Translations under genes and position numbers: made by a program | The notes under the pieces: generated by a model | Databases searched by the model: none | The model's input: the letters and a program-made list of their open reading frames with translations, nothing else | Told to the model about the DNA's origin: nothing | NCBI GenBank assembly: GCA_025603075.1 | Contig: MU626376.1 | Coordinates: 1 to 64,000 of the forward strand | Direction: 5' to 3' | Length of the DNA stretch: 64,000 bases | Origin: Neoconidiobolus thromboides FSU 785 | Taxonomy: Eukaryota > Fungi > Entomophthoromycota | Part shown: positions 38,080 to 48,127 of the stretch, in pieces | Numbering within the stretch: the stretch's first letter is position 1 | Layout: each line of letters begins with the position of its first letter

Positions 38080-38900
38080 GCGTTGCGCAGACACTGCTGT
38101 TGATTTGGAAGTCAGGGCTATAAAAATGAGTTGTTTAAAATACAACTTAAAAGAATGGCATTTTGAAGTGATATAGTTTCACTTAAAGTAAGCAAGATTT
38201 TTCCTGGGTTGGAATAATTCAATAAGAAAGTTATAGTTAAATAAGTATAACGCTACTATTGTAAATTGATTTATCATTTTAAAGTCAAATTGCTCCCTGT
38301 TTTATTTATAAAACTTCTTTATATTATTTTATTCAACAATTTTCGATTTTAAAGACCCCTGTAGTGGAACTATTAAGTGACTAAAGCCTCCAACTACTAA
38401 CCATATTCTTCTAAAGGCCTTGAATTTAAGTCTTAGTATAAGTCAGGAAAAGTCAGCTTCTTAAATCAATGATATTTTGATGCCTATTTTAATAGCTTTG
38501 ACAAATTTAAGTAAAAAACACATATTAATAGCTTTTATTGAAGGTTTCAGTAAAGCTTTAGAAAACTTTGGTAAAATTTCAATATTGCTTTAAAGTATTT
38601 GTTAGTTCTGATAAACTAGTTAAGTCTCAAGTTATCCGGAAGCGTTTTGGAATTAAAGTACCATCTACTTTTATTTAAACTCTTCAAACCTACAAGTGGG
38701 AAAGATTATTGGGTTCAACCCCTACCCTTCCAGAACGCTCTCGTTGATGCATGAGTTCCTTAGGTTAGCTGATTTAAGCTTTTATTTTTTATGCCAATAA
38801 ACTAGACACTTAGAGTTAATCCCTTTCAGAGAAAAAAGTGCTCTATTTAAGGATTGGTAACAGCCCCTCCGATCCTTTTTTAGAGGGATGCTATTAACTG
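38080..38900 (+). mobile_element. Decayed reading frame, possible LINE ORF2 relic
   Basis: Stop-riddled but protein-like frame (QVIRKRFG...LPFQNALVDA*) loosely resembling the L1 post-RT region. Confidence 0.3.
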
Positions 38901-39911
38901 AACTAAAATTAAAGCAGAAGTTTATAAAAATCAAGGTATAGAATTGTTCAAAATTTGTGAGATAATATTATAATATTGATCACTACTATAGTTAACGGAT
39001 GTTAAGGAATTAATAAATAGCTAATTGATTATATTGGTGGAATAGCTCATTAAATATTGTTAGTATGAGAAAGCAAATATTTATAAATCAGTGTTATTTA
39101 AGTTTTAAACTTTCTATTAAAAGACAAAAGTTTGAATCATTAAAAAAAGAACTATTGTTAAATTATATATCATATTTAGTTTAATGTTTGTATTAAGGCG
39201 ACAAACTTCTATCCAATAACTTTGGTGTTCTCACAATATATGAAATTCTAAACAATTGAAGTCATTTACTAAGTATAAATTGATAACCGCTTGAAGTAAA
39301 CAGCAAATTAATGTACAATAGAGGGCTAAGATATAAGAACATAATATTACATTTATAAGTTTTGAATTGAACTTAAAGGTCATAAGCTTCTAAAAAAAGA
39401 CAAAAATGATACAAGGCTTTTTCGAAAGTTCCCATGCATTTTTAAGCAGCGTTGAAAATAATTTGCATACACCAAAATGTACAAAATTAGCTGCAAATAA
39501 TTTTCCTAGAATTTCTAAACTTTAATATATTTGAATTTTATATATCTGACAGATACGAAACCATTTTCCATTCAACGAAATATACATAATTTATTAAAAA
39601 GCCTTGTATAAACCTAAGCTTAATATCGAATATTGAAATGTATTATTTTTAATATTCATAATTTATAATTCCAAACTTTACTTTAGGTAGAAGGAATATT
39701 ATTTAAATATTCTATTTCAATATATGAAAATATAATTATAGAACAATTGTCTTATAACTATTATATTTGCAATCATGAAGAAAATGAAGCAAAAGCCTAT
39801 AAAAACCCTCGGATCCCACCTCAATAATACCATAGAATATTTTCTATTAATTGTTGATTGATTGATACTACTTTGTAATAAATTTAACTCTAATTATTGA
39901 CTAATTAAAAA

Positions 39912-40616
39912 ATGAAATTCGTTAGCTTATTCTTTGTGATCTTTGTCGACTCCTTCTTACAGATTGTAACCTCCCAGATGATTACTCAATGTACTCAAAA
40001 TGGTGTATTTGCTTTAACTTTTGATGATGGTGTAACTCAATATAGCGAACAGATGCTAGATATCTTAAAAGAAAAAGGCGTTAAGGCTACTTTCTTTTAT
40101 ATTGGTTCTAACTTAGAATCCGATAAACAGAAAAAAACAGCTAAACGTGCTTTTGATGAAGGTCATCAGATTGCTTCCCACACTTGGAGTCATCCTGAGT
40201 TATCAAAATTATCTGCTGGAAAAGTAAAAGAAGAAATGCAAAAAACAGAGGATAATATTGAGGAAGCTATTGGAAAGAAAGTCCGATATATGAGAAATCC
40301 ATTTTTAGATTCTAGTGAAGCAGTTGATAATATCTTAAGAGGGATGGATTATATTCAAGTTGGCGTTAATTTAGATACCTTTGATTGGAAAGTGAAAGAT
40401 ATTGACCCAGATAGAATTTTCTCAATAATTGATGATACTATGAAAACAGTCGATGTTAATACTCAATCATTTATCTCTCTACAACATGATTTAACGGACC
40501 CTAAAGTAGCTAAAATTAGCGAAATCATTGATTTAGTTCGTTCTAAAAACTTTAGATTTGTTACTTCGGAAGAATGTTTGGACAAAGGACCTGCTTATAG
40601 AGATTTTTTTACTTAG
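39912..40616 (+). CDS. Secreted CE4 polysaccharide (chitin) deacetylase 1, tail truncated
   Basis: Signal peptide; motifs TFDDG, HTWSHP, RNPF, DTFDW, LQHD. Confidence 0.93.
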   Translation: MKFVSLFFVIFVDSFLQIVTSQMITQCTQNGVFALTFDDGVTQYSEQMLDILKEKGVKATFFYIGSNLESDKQKKTAKRAFDEGHQIASHTWSHPELSKLSAGKVKEEMQKTEDNIEEAIGKKVRYMRNPFLDSSEAVDNILRGMDYIQVGVNLDTFDWKVKDIDPDRIFSIIDDTMKTVDVNTQSFISLQHDLTDPKVAKISEIIDLVRSKNFRFVTSEECLDKGPAYRDFFT

Positions 40617-40875
40617 TCCCTCTGTTCAAGTAATTCAAGAACAAACTGTTCCTCAATTTCAGGCTGGTGTCGATGCTTTAGTTACTCAAGAACAAGGTGT
40701 TGTTCAATAATAAGCTACTTCTCAGGAGCAAGCTTTTCTAGCACTTGAGGACTCTCAAGCTAACAATGATTGCAGTGAAGATGAGACGAAGGAGATCCGA
40801 TTAAGAAAACTTAACTATTGTAAACATAGCAGACCAACTCAAACTCATAAACCGCATCCTAAAGGGTTACCAACT
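40615..40875 (+). pseudogene. Out-of-frame, decayed C-terminal tail of deacetylase 1
   Basis: +1 frame reads SPSVQVIQEQ...VVQ**ATSQEQ...KPHPKGLPTSITSIC*, ending like the paralog tail. Confidence 0.7.
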
Positions 40876-41068
40876 TCTATTACAAGTATTTGTTAGCCGT
40901 AATTAAAGTTTAGTTTATCATACTTTTGTTTTTGGATTGTTTAAATTGTTTTTATATAAGTTAATACATATACTTTAATATAGTAAGATATCAATGTCTT
41001 TGGTTGGATGTTTATAGTCTTTCAAATAGCCTTTATGGTATTTGTACAAACCTTTCTCGATAATAATT

Positions 41069-41165
41069 GGGGATGTTTTTTTTTATTTCATTACTTTTTC
41101 CATTTTTAAGCGTTATTTGAGCGAAAAGATTTTTGGTAAATTCTTAAACAAAAAAATACATTCCC
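41069..41165 (-). mobile_element. MITE-A copy
   Basis: Reverse copy; flanks AATT/ATTA. Confidence 0.88.
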
Positions 41166-41367
41166 ATTATTTGGAAAAAGTGGTTAAATTTATAACATAC
41201 GTTTAATTAATATACATTTTATAGAAAATTATATTTATGATACCATTAGTTGTAAATACTTTATACATATCAAAAGGAAAAAACCTTACATAATCAACTA
41301 CTAATTTATTGAAAACTATCAAAATTGAATTTTATTACAAATAGCATTAATACTCTAAAAATAAAAC

Positions 41368-41464
41368 AGGAGAATATATTTTTCTGTTTAAGAACTTTAC
41401 TAACAATTTTTCTGCACGAATAGCACTTAAAAGATAGAAAAGTGATAAAGCCAAAAAACACCGC
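41368..41464 (+). mobile_element. MITE-A copy
   Basis: Diverged ends, intact core. Confidence 0.82.
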
Positions 41465-42179
41465 ATATAATATTTAGATTTAAAAAACTAAAACTGAGGT
41501 AAATAAATAGCTAGAGGCCAAATCCTTAGAGTTATAAAGTTTAGCACTACTTAACTTAATGTATTTAAAAGGATGATTAGATATTTTACGAAAGTAGTGT
41601 CAGTATCTCGACTGTTAAAATCTTTTTACTTCAGAATAAACGTGAGCTACCCAAAACCTCTATTACCAAGCCTTATAATATTTTCAAAATTTTATTAATG
41701 TCAGACCTTTATAAAAGTCTAAAATACTTGTTCAGAATTCGCTAGTTGTAAGATAAAACTATGCAATTATCTTGGTAAAAAGGAAAAAATAGTTAATATG
41801 TTCAAATATTTGGAAAAGTTCAAACACTTTGTTAAACATATGACAATATACATATATAAAACAACTTAAAATAAAGCCGTTTTAGAGTAACTTATTTTAA
41901 AAAGTGACAATTAAATATAATTAAGGTCATATAATGAAATCTTAAAATACTTTAAAAAATTCAATCATAAAAATGTGGTTTTAAATGTAACAGCTTTTAA
42001 GTTTATTTTATTTTGTAGTAACTATTTTACTTTTAAATTGATTTATAACAAAATATAAAAATCACATAACAGATGTTTTATAAATTTTTCATATGTAAAA
42101 ATCACTATATTTATGATATATTAATTTCAACTCTTATTGAAATTTAAGTCATATCTTTAAAACTACTTTTGTAATTCTA

Positions 42180-42700
42180 TATGAATGCTACTCTCTCATT
42201 CCAAAGGATTTTTCTTAGTTTTTGGCAAATTGAAAATCTTATCAACAGGAATCAAGTTTCTTAATCTTGCCTCTCTTGATACAAGGGTTTCAATGGTAAA
42301 TGACTATCCTGTTCTTTCACCTCAAAGCTTTTCCGTAACTCTAATTCCTTTCTCTTTTCTTACTTTTGCCTTTATCTCTTTGGAATCCACCTTTTGTTGC
42401 TAGTTCCTCTTTTTATTGTTATCTTATTATGGTTCTTTATATGAAGCAAGGCACTTTCCAGTTCAGGTAAGGATAAAAGCTCTTTCAAATTGATTGCTTT
42501 TAACCTACTAACTTATTTGAAATTTAATGTTATTCTTAAATGCCTACTACGACCCAATTGAATTATTTCTTCCCTGCTTTTTTCAAACATAACCAACCTG
42601 GTATCTAACTACTTTCACTGTTGTTACCCTATTTAATGTGTACTTTTTATAAGGGTATATACCACCACTTTACTAAGGGTTTAATATCATTATCTAATAA
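42180..42700 (-). other. Decayed reading frame of unknown, probably TE, origin
   Basis: Long basic frame (KEIKAKVRKEKGIRVTEKL*...RLRNLIPVDKIFNLP) broken by stops. Confidence 0.25.
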
Positions 42701-43049
42701 AGATAGTTCTATGACTATAAATAATATTTTTTATCAACGTTAGACGGTATCTTATTTCAAGTCAGAATTCTCTAAAGACTTTAGCGAATAATAATGCTAA
42801 CTTGGTATTTACTCAGTAAGGTTGTGATTTAACTAAATATTTGAAGAAAATATTCCTATCTCAGTACCTGGTTTAAGCTCTTAATTTTTGATATACTACT
42901 TTAAAATGATTTAATATCAAAAAGCTTATTTAGAGTTTGGATGTTTATTGATTTACCTTTACTGTAATATATTCCTTTGGTTATCATGCTTTTGCTTTAT
43001 TAAATTTAGGTATACCTTTAAACAAAAATTCATGATAATAATCCCATAT

Positions 43050-43750
43050 TTATGATAGCTTGTAATATCATAAGTGAAAAGTCCAATATCATTGAAAAAG
43101 ACACCAACAGTTTTCGAAAAACATACGTTCTGAAAATAGTAAAAATTATAACTTAATCAATTGCCTTCAATATTTTATTAATTTAGGCAATGGGAACAAA
43201 TGCCAGGGATATGCTATTGGATTAAATTTTCAAGTGGTTTTGATTTAAGTTATACATTATTTAAGTTCTCAAAGATATTTCGCAGTTTATATAAATAATA
43301 AAAGAAAAGTTCATATGAGAATAGATTATGTCACTTGAAAACCATATAATCACCAAATAGTGTTGGCTTGTGGTATATACTATCATAAGATATCATCAAA
43401 ATAAACCTTATATGATTGCTCAAATAAAAGTTCTCTGAAGCATCATACCATTCTTAAAGAATATATTTTTATGAGTATTTTTAATGTTGTTTTATTGGAT
43501 AATATGTGGGAAATACTAAAGACGAGAATTTCGAAGATTATGTACCACTTTAAATGGGGCCTTTCAAGAACACACTTAGGCAGCATGTTTTTCATACATA
43601 ACTTAAACCTTATTTATGTTGAAAGTATGTAGAACATTGTCTTTTCACCTAAAATGGGACTTAATATGCTTGTCATCTTTAAAACTGTGAACATATTAAA
43701 GGAGTCTGGTTTTATCAATAAACCTAAAGTATGGTATTCTTTTTATTAAT
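43050..43750 (+). mobile_element. Possible LINE 3'-end relic (zf-RVT-like)
   Basis: WEILKTRISKIMYHFKW followed, after a frameshift, by LC*KYVEHCLFT, resembling the L1 CCHC region. Confidence 0.3.
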
Positions 43751-44083
43751 AAATTCTCAAGGATTACACTTAGAACTAGCTACTCACTAGTTGATATAAA
43801 AATATACTTTATCTATTTAATTATGGCTTTAGTTTTATCTTTTTGTCCAAATAACTCTTCCTTAATAGGGATATAATTATTAATTTTCCTGTGCATAAAT
43901 AAATAATATTCTGTACCAATATGTACTAAATTTGATTGGTATTTCTAGAGTTATATATAATTGTAACATTTTTAATCACATCAATATAGTATAAATAGCT
44001 ATACCGAGCACTATTTTCCTTTGGAAATCATTTATTAATTAATTTCTTTTAACATATCACTATTAGCATCCTTAATCTAAATC

Positions 44084-45079
44084 ATGAAGTTCTTTACTAT
44101 TACTCCTGTATTACTCATTAGTTCTATCTTCCAATCCATTAGTTCACAGTCTATTTCCAAATGTACCCAAAATGGTGTATTTGCTTTAACTTTTGATGAT
44201 GGTGTTACAGACTATACTGGTGAAATGTTGGATATATTGAAGGTGAAAGGTGTTAAAGCTACTTTTTTCTATATTGGTTCTAACCTTGAATCTGAGGATC
44301 ACAAAGTGATTGCTAAACGTGCTTTTGATGAAGGCCACCAAATCGCTTCTCATACTTGGACCCATCCTTCACTCACTTCTTTATCTCCTGAAGAAGTAAA
44401 AAATGAAATGAAAAAGACCGAAGACGTCCTTGAGAAAACTATTGGAAAGAAAGTGAGATATATGAGAAGCCCATACCTTGCATCTAATGATGCAGTAAAT
44501 GCTTTATTGAAAGGAATGGATTATGTTCAAGTTGGAGTTAATTTAGATAGTAACGACTGGAAACATAGAGATACTGCACCACAAAAGATTTTTGACGCTT
44601 TCAAAGATGCTATGAATGCCCCAGGAGTTGAATCCCAATCTTTTATCTCTTTACAACATGACTTGACTAACCCTTCAGTAGCTAAAATTGGAGAAATCAT
44701 TGATTTAGTTCGTTCTAAAAATTTCAGGTTTGTTACTGTCGAAGAATGTTTAAGAAAGGGCCCAGCCTATAGGGATTCCCAAGCTACTCCATCTATTACA
44801 TCTACTCCATCCAGTACATCTACTCCATCCAGTACATCTACTCCATCCAGTACATCTACTACATCCAGTACATCTACTCCATCCAGTACATCTACTCCAT
44901 CCAGTACATCTACTCCATCCAGTACATCTCTATCCAGTACATCTACTCCATCCAGTACATCTACTCAATCTGTTCCTTTAAACCAAGGTAAACCCCAAGG
45001 TGAAAAATATGAAGTTATTACACCAAAACCTCATGGTTCTCGTAAATGTAAACCTACCTCTATTCCAAAACGTAATTAA
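44084..45079 (+). CDS. Secreted CE4 chitin deacetylase 2 with Ser/Thr/Pro linker and basic tail
   Basis: Signal peptide; TFDDG, HTWTHP, RSPY, DSNDW, LQHD; (STPSST)n. Confidence 0.95.
   Translation: MKFFTITPVLLISSIFQSISSQSISKCTQNGVFALTFDDGVTDYTGEMLDILKVKGVKATFFYIGSNLESEDHKVIAKRAFDEGHQIASHTWTHPSLTSLSPEEVKNEMKKTEDVLEKTIGKKVRYMRSPYLASNDAVNALLKGMDYVQVGVNLDSNDWKHRDTAPQKIFDAFKDAMNAPGVESQSFISLQHDLTNPSVAKIGEIIDLVRSKNFRFVTVEECLRKGPAYRDSQATPSITSTPSSTSTPSSTSTPSSTSTTSSTSTPSSTSTPSSTSTPSSTSLSSTSTPSSTSTQSVPLNQGKPQGEKYEVITPKPHGSRKCKPTSIPKRN
44801..44965 (+). repeat. Coding 18-bp minisatellite (TCTACTCCATCCAGTACA), about 9 units
   Basis: Read directly; one unit has ACA for CCA and one is shortened. Confidence 0.95.
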
Positions 45080-45834
45080 TATGTTATAAATAATTTGTAA
45101 TGTAGATTTGATTAATTTTATTTTGACTTCTTATCATGTAAAATAAAAATATAACACATAATACAATACACTAAAAAGCATTTTCAATTGCTAAAATATA
45201 CCAAACACTATTCATATTTTAACTGGATTGCTGATTAGATTATAGTCTAATAAATTTGCCCTTTAATATAATGGGTAAAGTTATATATCCAAGTTTACTT
45301 GTCACGCTTCATTATGTGAGATCGATTTCTAACTTTCTTTTATCGTATGTTGACAACATCACAATATTTTAATGCTAAGCTTTCAAAAGTCAATAATTAT
45401 AAAGGAGTTTTTCACTTAATTGGAGTAACTGATTTTCAATATTCTTCACAAAAGAATTGTAGAATCTTCATGAATTTTATGTTCATCAATAAAGCAAATA
45501 TCGTCTGCATTATATTTAAATACTGTTTAATTATATAGCGCATATACAAATGGGCTATAAATTCCCTATATTTTAAGACAAATTTAGAGTATAAATCTAT
45601 AGTATTTTTAAAAACAAAAGGGGGGATTAAAGCATCAAATCAGAAAGGATGAAGAAAGAATAGAAAACACATTTTTCTATAAAAACTTGTTTAGATTTTA
45701 TACACAAGAACCATTCATATATCGCACAGGAATTAGATACTTTAACACAATTCAATTGGTAGAGATTTTATTAAATGATTGCATGAGTATAAGTGGAAAC
45801 TGATTTGTGATTTAAGATTATTATTATACTATAT

Positions 45835-45929
45835 GAGGATCTATTTTTTGTTTAAGAATTTTACTAACAATTTTTCCACTCAAATAGCACTTAAAAAATG
45901 GAAAAGTAACGAGATAAAAAAACATCCCC
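45835..45929 (+). mobile_element. MITE-A copy
   Basis: Flanks ATAT/ATAT. Confidence 0.9.
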
Positions 45930-46813
45930 ATATTATGTATTCGAATGAATGATTGACCAAGGGAACTACTGGGCTCGCCAATGTTACAAACATGTTTTGC
46001 TAATTTGCAAAGACTGATGATAATTTTAGTAAATCAATCTGCTTTCTATGCCAGTCAGTCATATAGCTCTAAAATTACCTTAGAAATAGCTGAAAATACG
46101 ACGAATGCTATGAAAACTCGTACCTTTCTATCAGATGTTTCTATCTCATATATATCAATAAGCTTAGTATATATGGTAAGCTAATACAACACTTTTACTA
46201 CAATTTTATAGTTGAGCATATTTTACTCTTCAGTATTCAATTATGTTTCGGAGTTTTCACATATAATAAGACTTTTAAAAGTTAATTGTTTATATTTTTT
46301 ATAAGTCGACATTAAAATAGACTAAAGTTTGGAATAATAGAGTGTCTCTAAGAATTGTCCCAAAAATTTAAACACTAAACTCTAGACGTTAGTTTCTCAA
46401 TAACTAGCAATTGAAAAGCATTCATACTTTGGGATAATTTACAGAGATACTATACGGGGATATCCGAATTAGGTTCATTTTTTTATTTAATTTAAATATT
46501 TTATGTTTTAAAAATTTTGCTTAAAATTCTATGAAAATAAAATCTTTATTAAGTAGTAAAGGTACCCAAGATAGCTTCAAATTGTTTTATTATAATCTAT
46601 ATTGTAGATTAGCAAAATTTCTATTAAATTTAGTAGAAAATTCCCGGATTAGCAAGACTTTTGCTAATATAATATACATGTTAATATTAATCAAAGTTGT
46701 ATTATGTAAATAAATACGTGTTCTTATAAAACTTCATTGAGAGATATTTATTGTTGACTGCTTTATAGCCAACATTGCAGATTTACTATCAAATAAATAA
46801 ATTATTTTAATGT

Positions 46814-47276
46814 TGTGAAATCTGGTACTCAGGGTTTGGAGTCAAGAACAGCTATTACTGGGTTGACTACACTATAAGTCCAAAGGTCTTAGTTTATGTG
46901 ACTAAGATAGACTTGCATTATGAGAAATAGCACGTAATAGGTTACAAGCTATATAAGACAGATAGAATAGACAATATTAATGTAAATCTACGTAAAATAC
47001 TATTAAGGAAACTTAGTGGCTTTATTAAATGTTCGAGATATCAGGGAATAATTCAGTTAAGAAGCCTCGAACAGCTATACTCTGTAAACTCTTTTATATT
47101 CTGAAAAGTATAAATATCAAAATGAGAAGATAATACTCTTTGTAATGGAGCTAGAAATTCTCATAGTAAATCAAACTAAGAACGTGGAATTGATTTTCTC
47201 TAAACTCGGGAACACAACAACTTAAGTGCTTATTATGTTATAATCAATCATGGAGCTGAAAAAGCGATATTTCACA
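46814..47276 (+). mobile_element. Solo LTR-like element (463 bp)
   Basis: TGTGAAAT...ATTTCACA termini; close inverted copy at 62111-62612; no TSD at this locus. Confidence 0.75.
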
Positions 47277-48033
47277 GCTAAGTTTATTATTGTAAACAGT
47301 TATTAAAATTAGTGTAAATGAACTACAATGTTTATATAATGTGCTTTTCTTTGCTATGTTAAAACTTTTAAAAATTCCATTTTGAATTTTAGTTACAAAA
47401 ACTTGCATCTTATTCTTATTTTAATAAAAATGAACTTAAATAGCTATATATTTGTATATTATACATCTATTAAATATTTAATAAAAATAGTATAAAACAT
47501 AATTGAAAAAAGTGATTATTTAAATAATAGAACAATAGGTCTTTTAAGCTAAATTTTTCATTTAATTTCAAGCTTTTTAAATTCAATTATACATTAAAAA
47601 CTTACAACTTTGAAAACTTAAAATTCTAATTAATTTCTAGGTAAATTCTGAAACTAATTCAGATACCTCTATATATTAGCTTTTAACCAGTACTTACATA
47701 AAGCTTTAGGTTTTGAATTAAGTATCAGTAACATAAAAAACAATGACTGTTTGAGTAGAAAATAGTGTAAAAAGCTAAACAATCAAACGAAAACAGCTTT
47801 TAGAACTAACTAATATAAATACTGATGATATCCTATCAAAAAATAATGTTTGATTTATGAGCTATGTCTTAATAGAAACAGAGAAAGGCTAATTATAATG
47901 TTTATTTTGAAAAATCAAAAAATTAAAAAATCCAAAATTAGGAATTTAGTTTCATCATTTTATCTGAGGTTATATTTAGCTTTATTATTTCTCCTTAGGA
48001 ATATAGCTCAAGCCACTAACTTTTCATTAATAT

Positions 48034-48127
48034 GGAGATATATTTTTTCATTTAGCAATTTTACTAGCAATCTTTTCGCTCAAATGGCGCTTAAAAATGA
48101 AAAAAGTAATGAAACCAAAAAATCCAC
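48034..48127 (+). mobile_element. MITE-A copy
   Basis: Flanks ATAT/ATAT. Confidence 0.88.

Noticed and set aside
38445-38780. RNase P/MRP-like P4 pairing (GGAAAAGTCAGCT with AGCTGATTT)
   Set aside because: The CR-V context and a P1 helix are missing, and the 3' segment pairs equally well elsewhere.
40700-40720. RIP-like CpA-to-TpA mutation
   Set aside because: A few TAA codons in decayed frames are suggestive, but differences between the LTR pair and among kelch copies show no clear CpA bias by eye.
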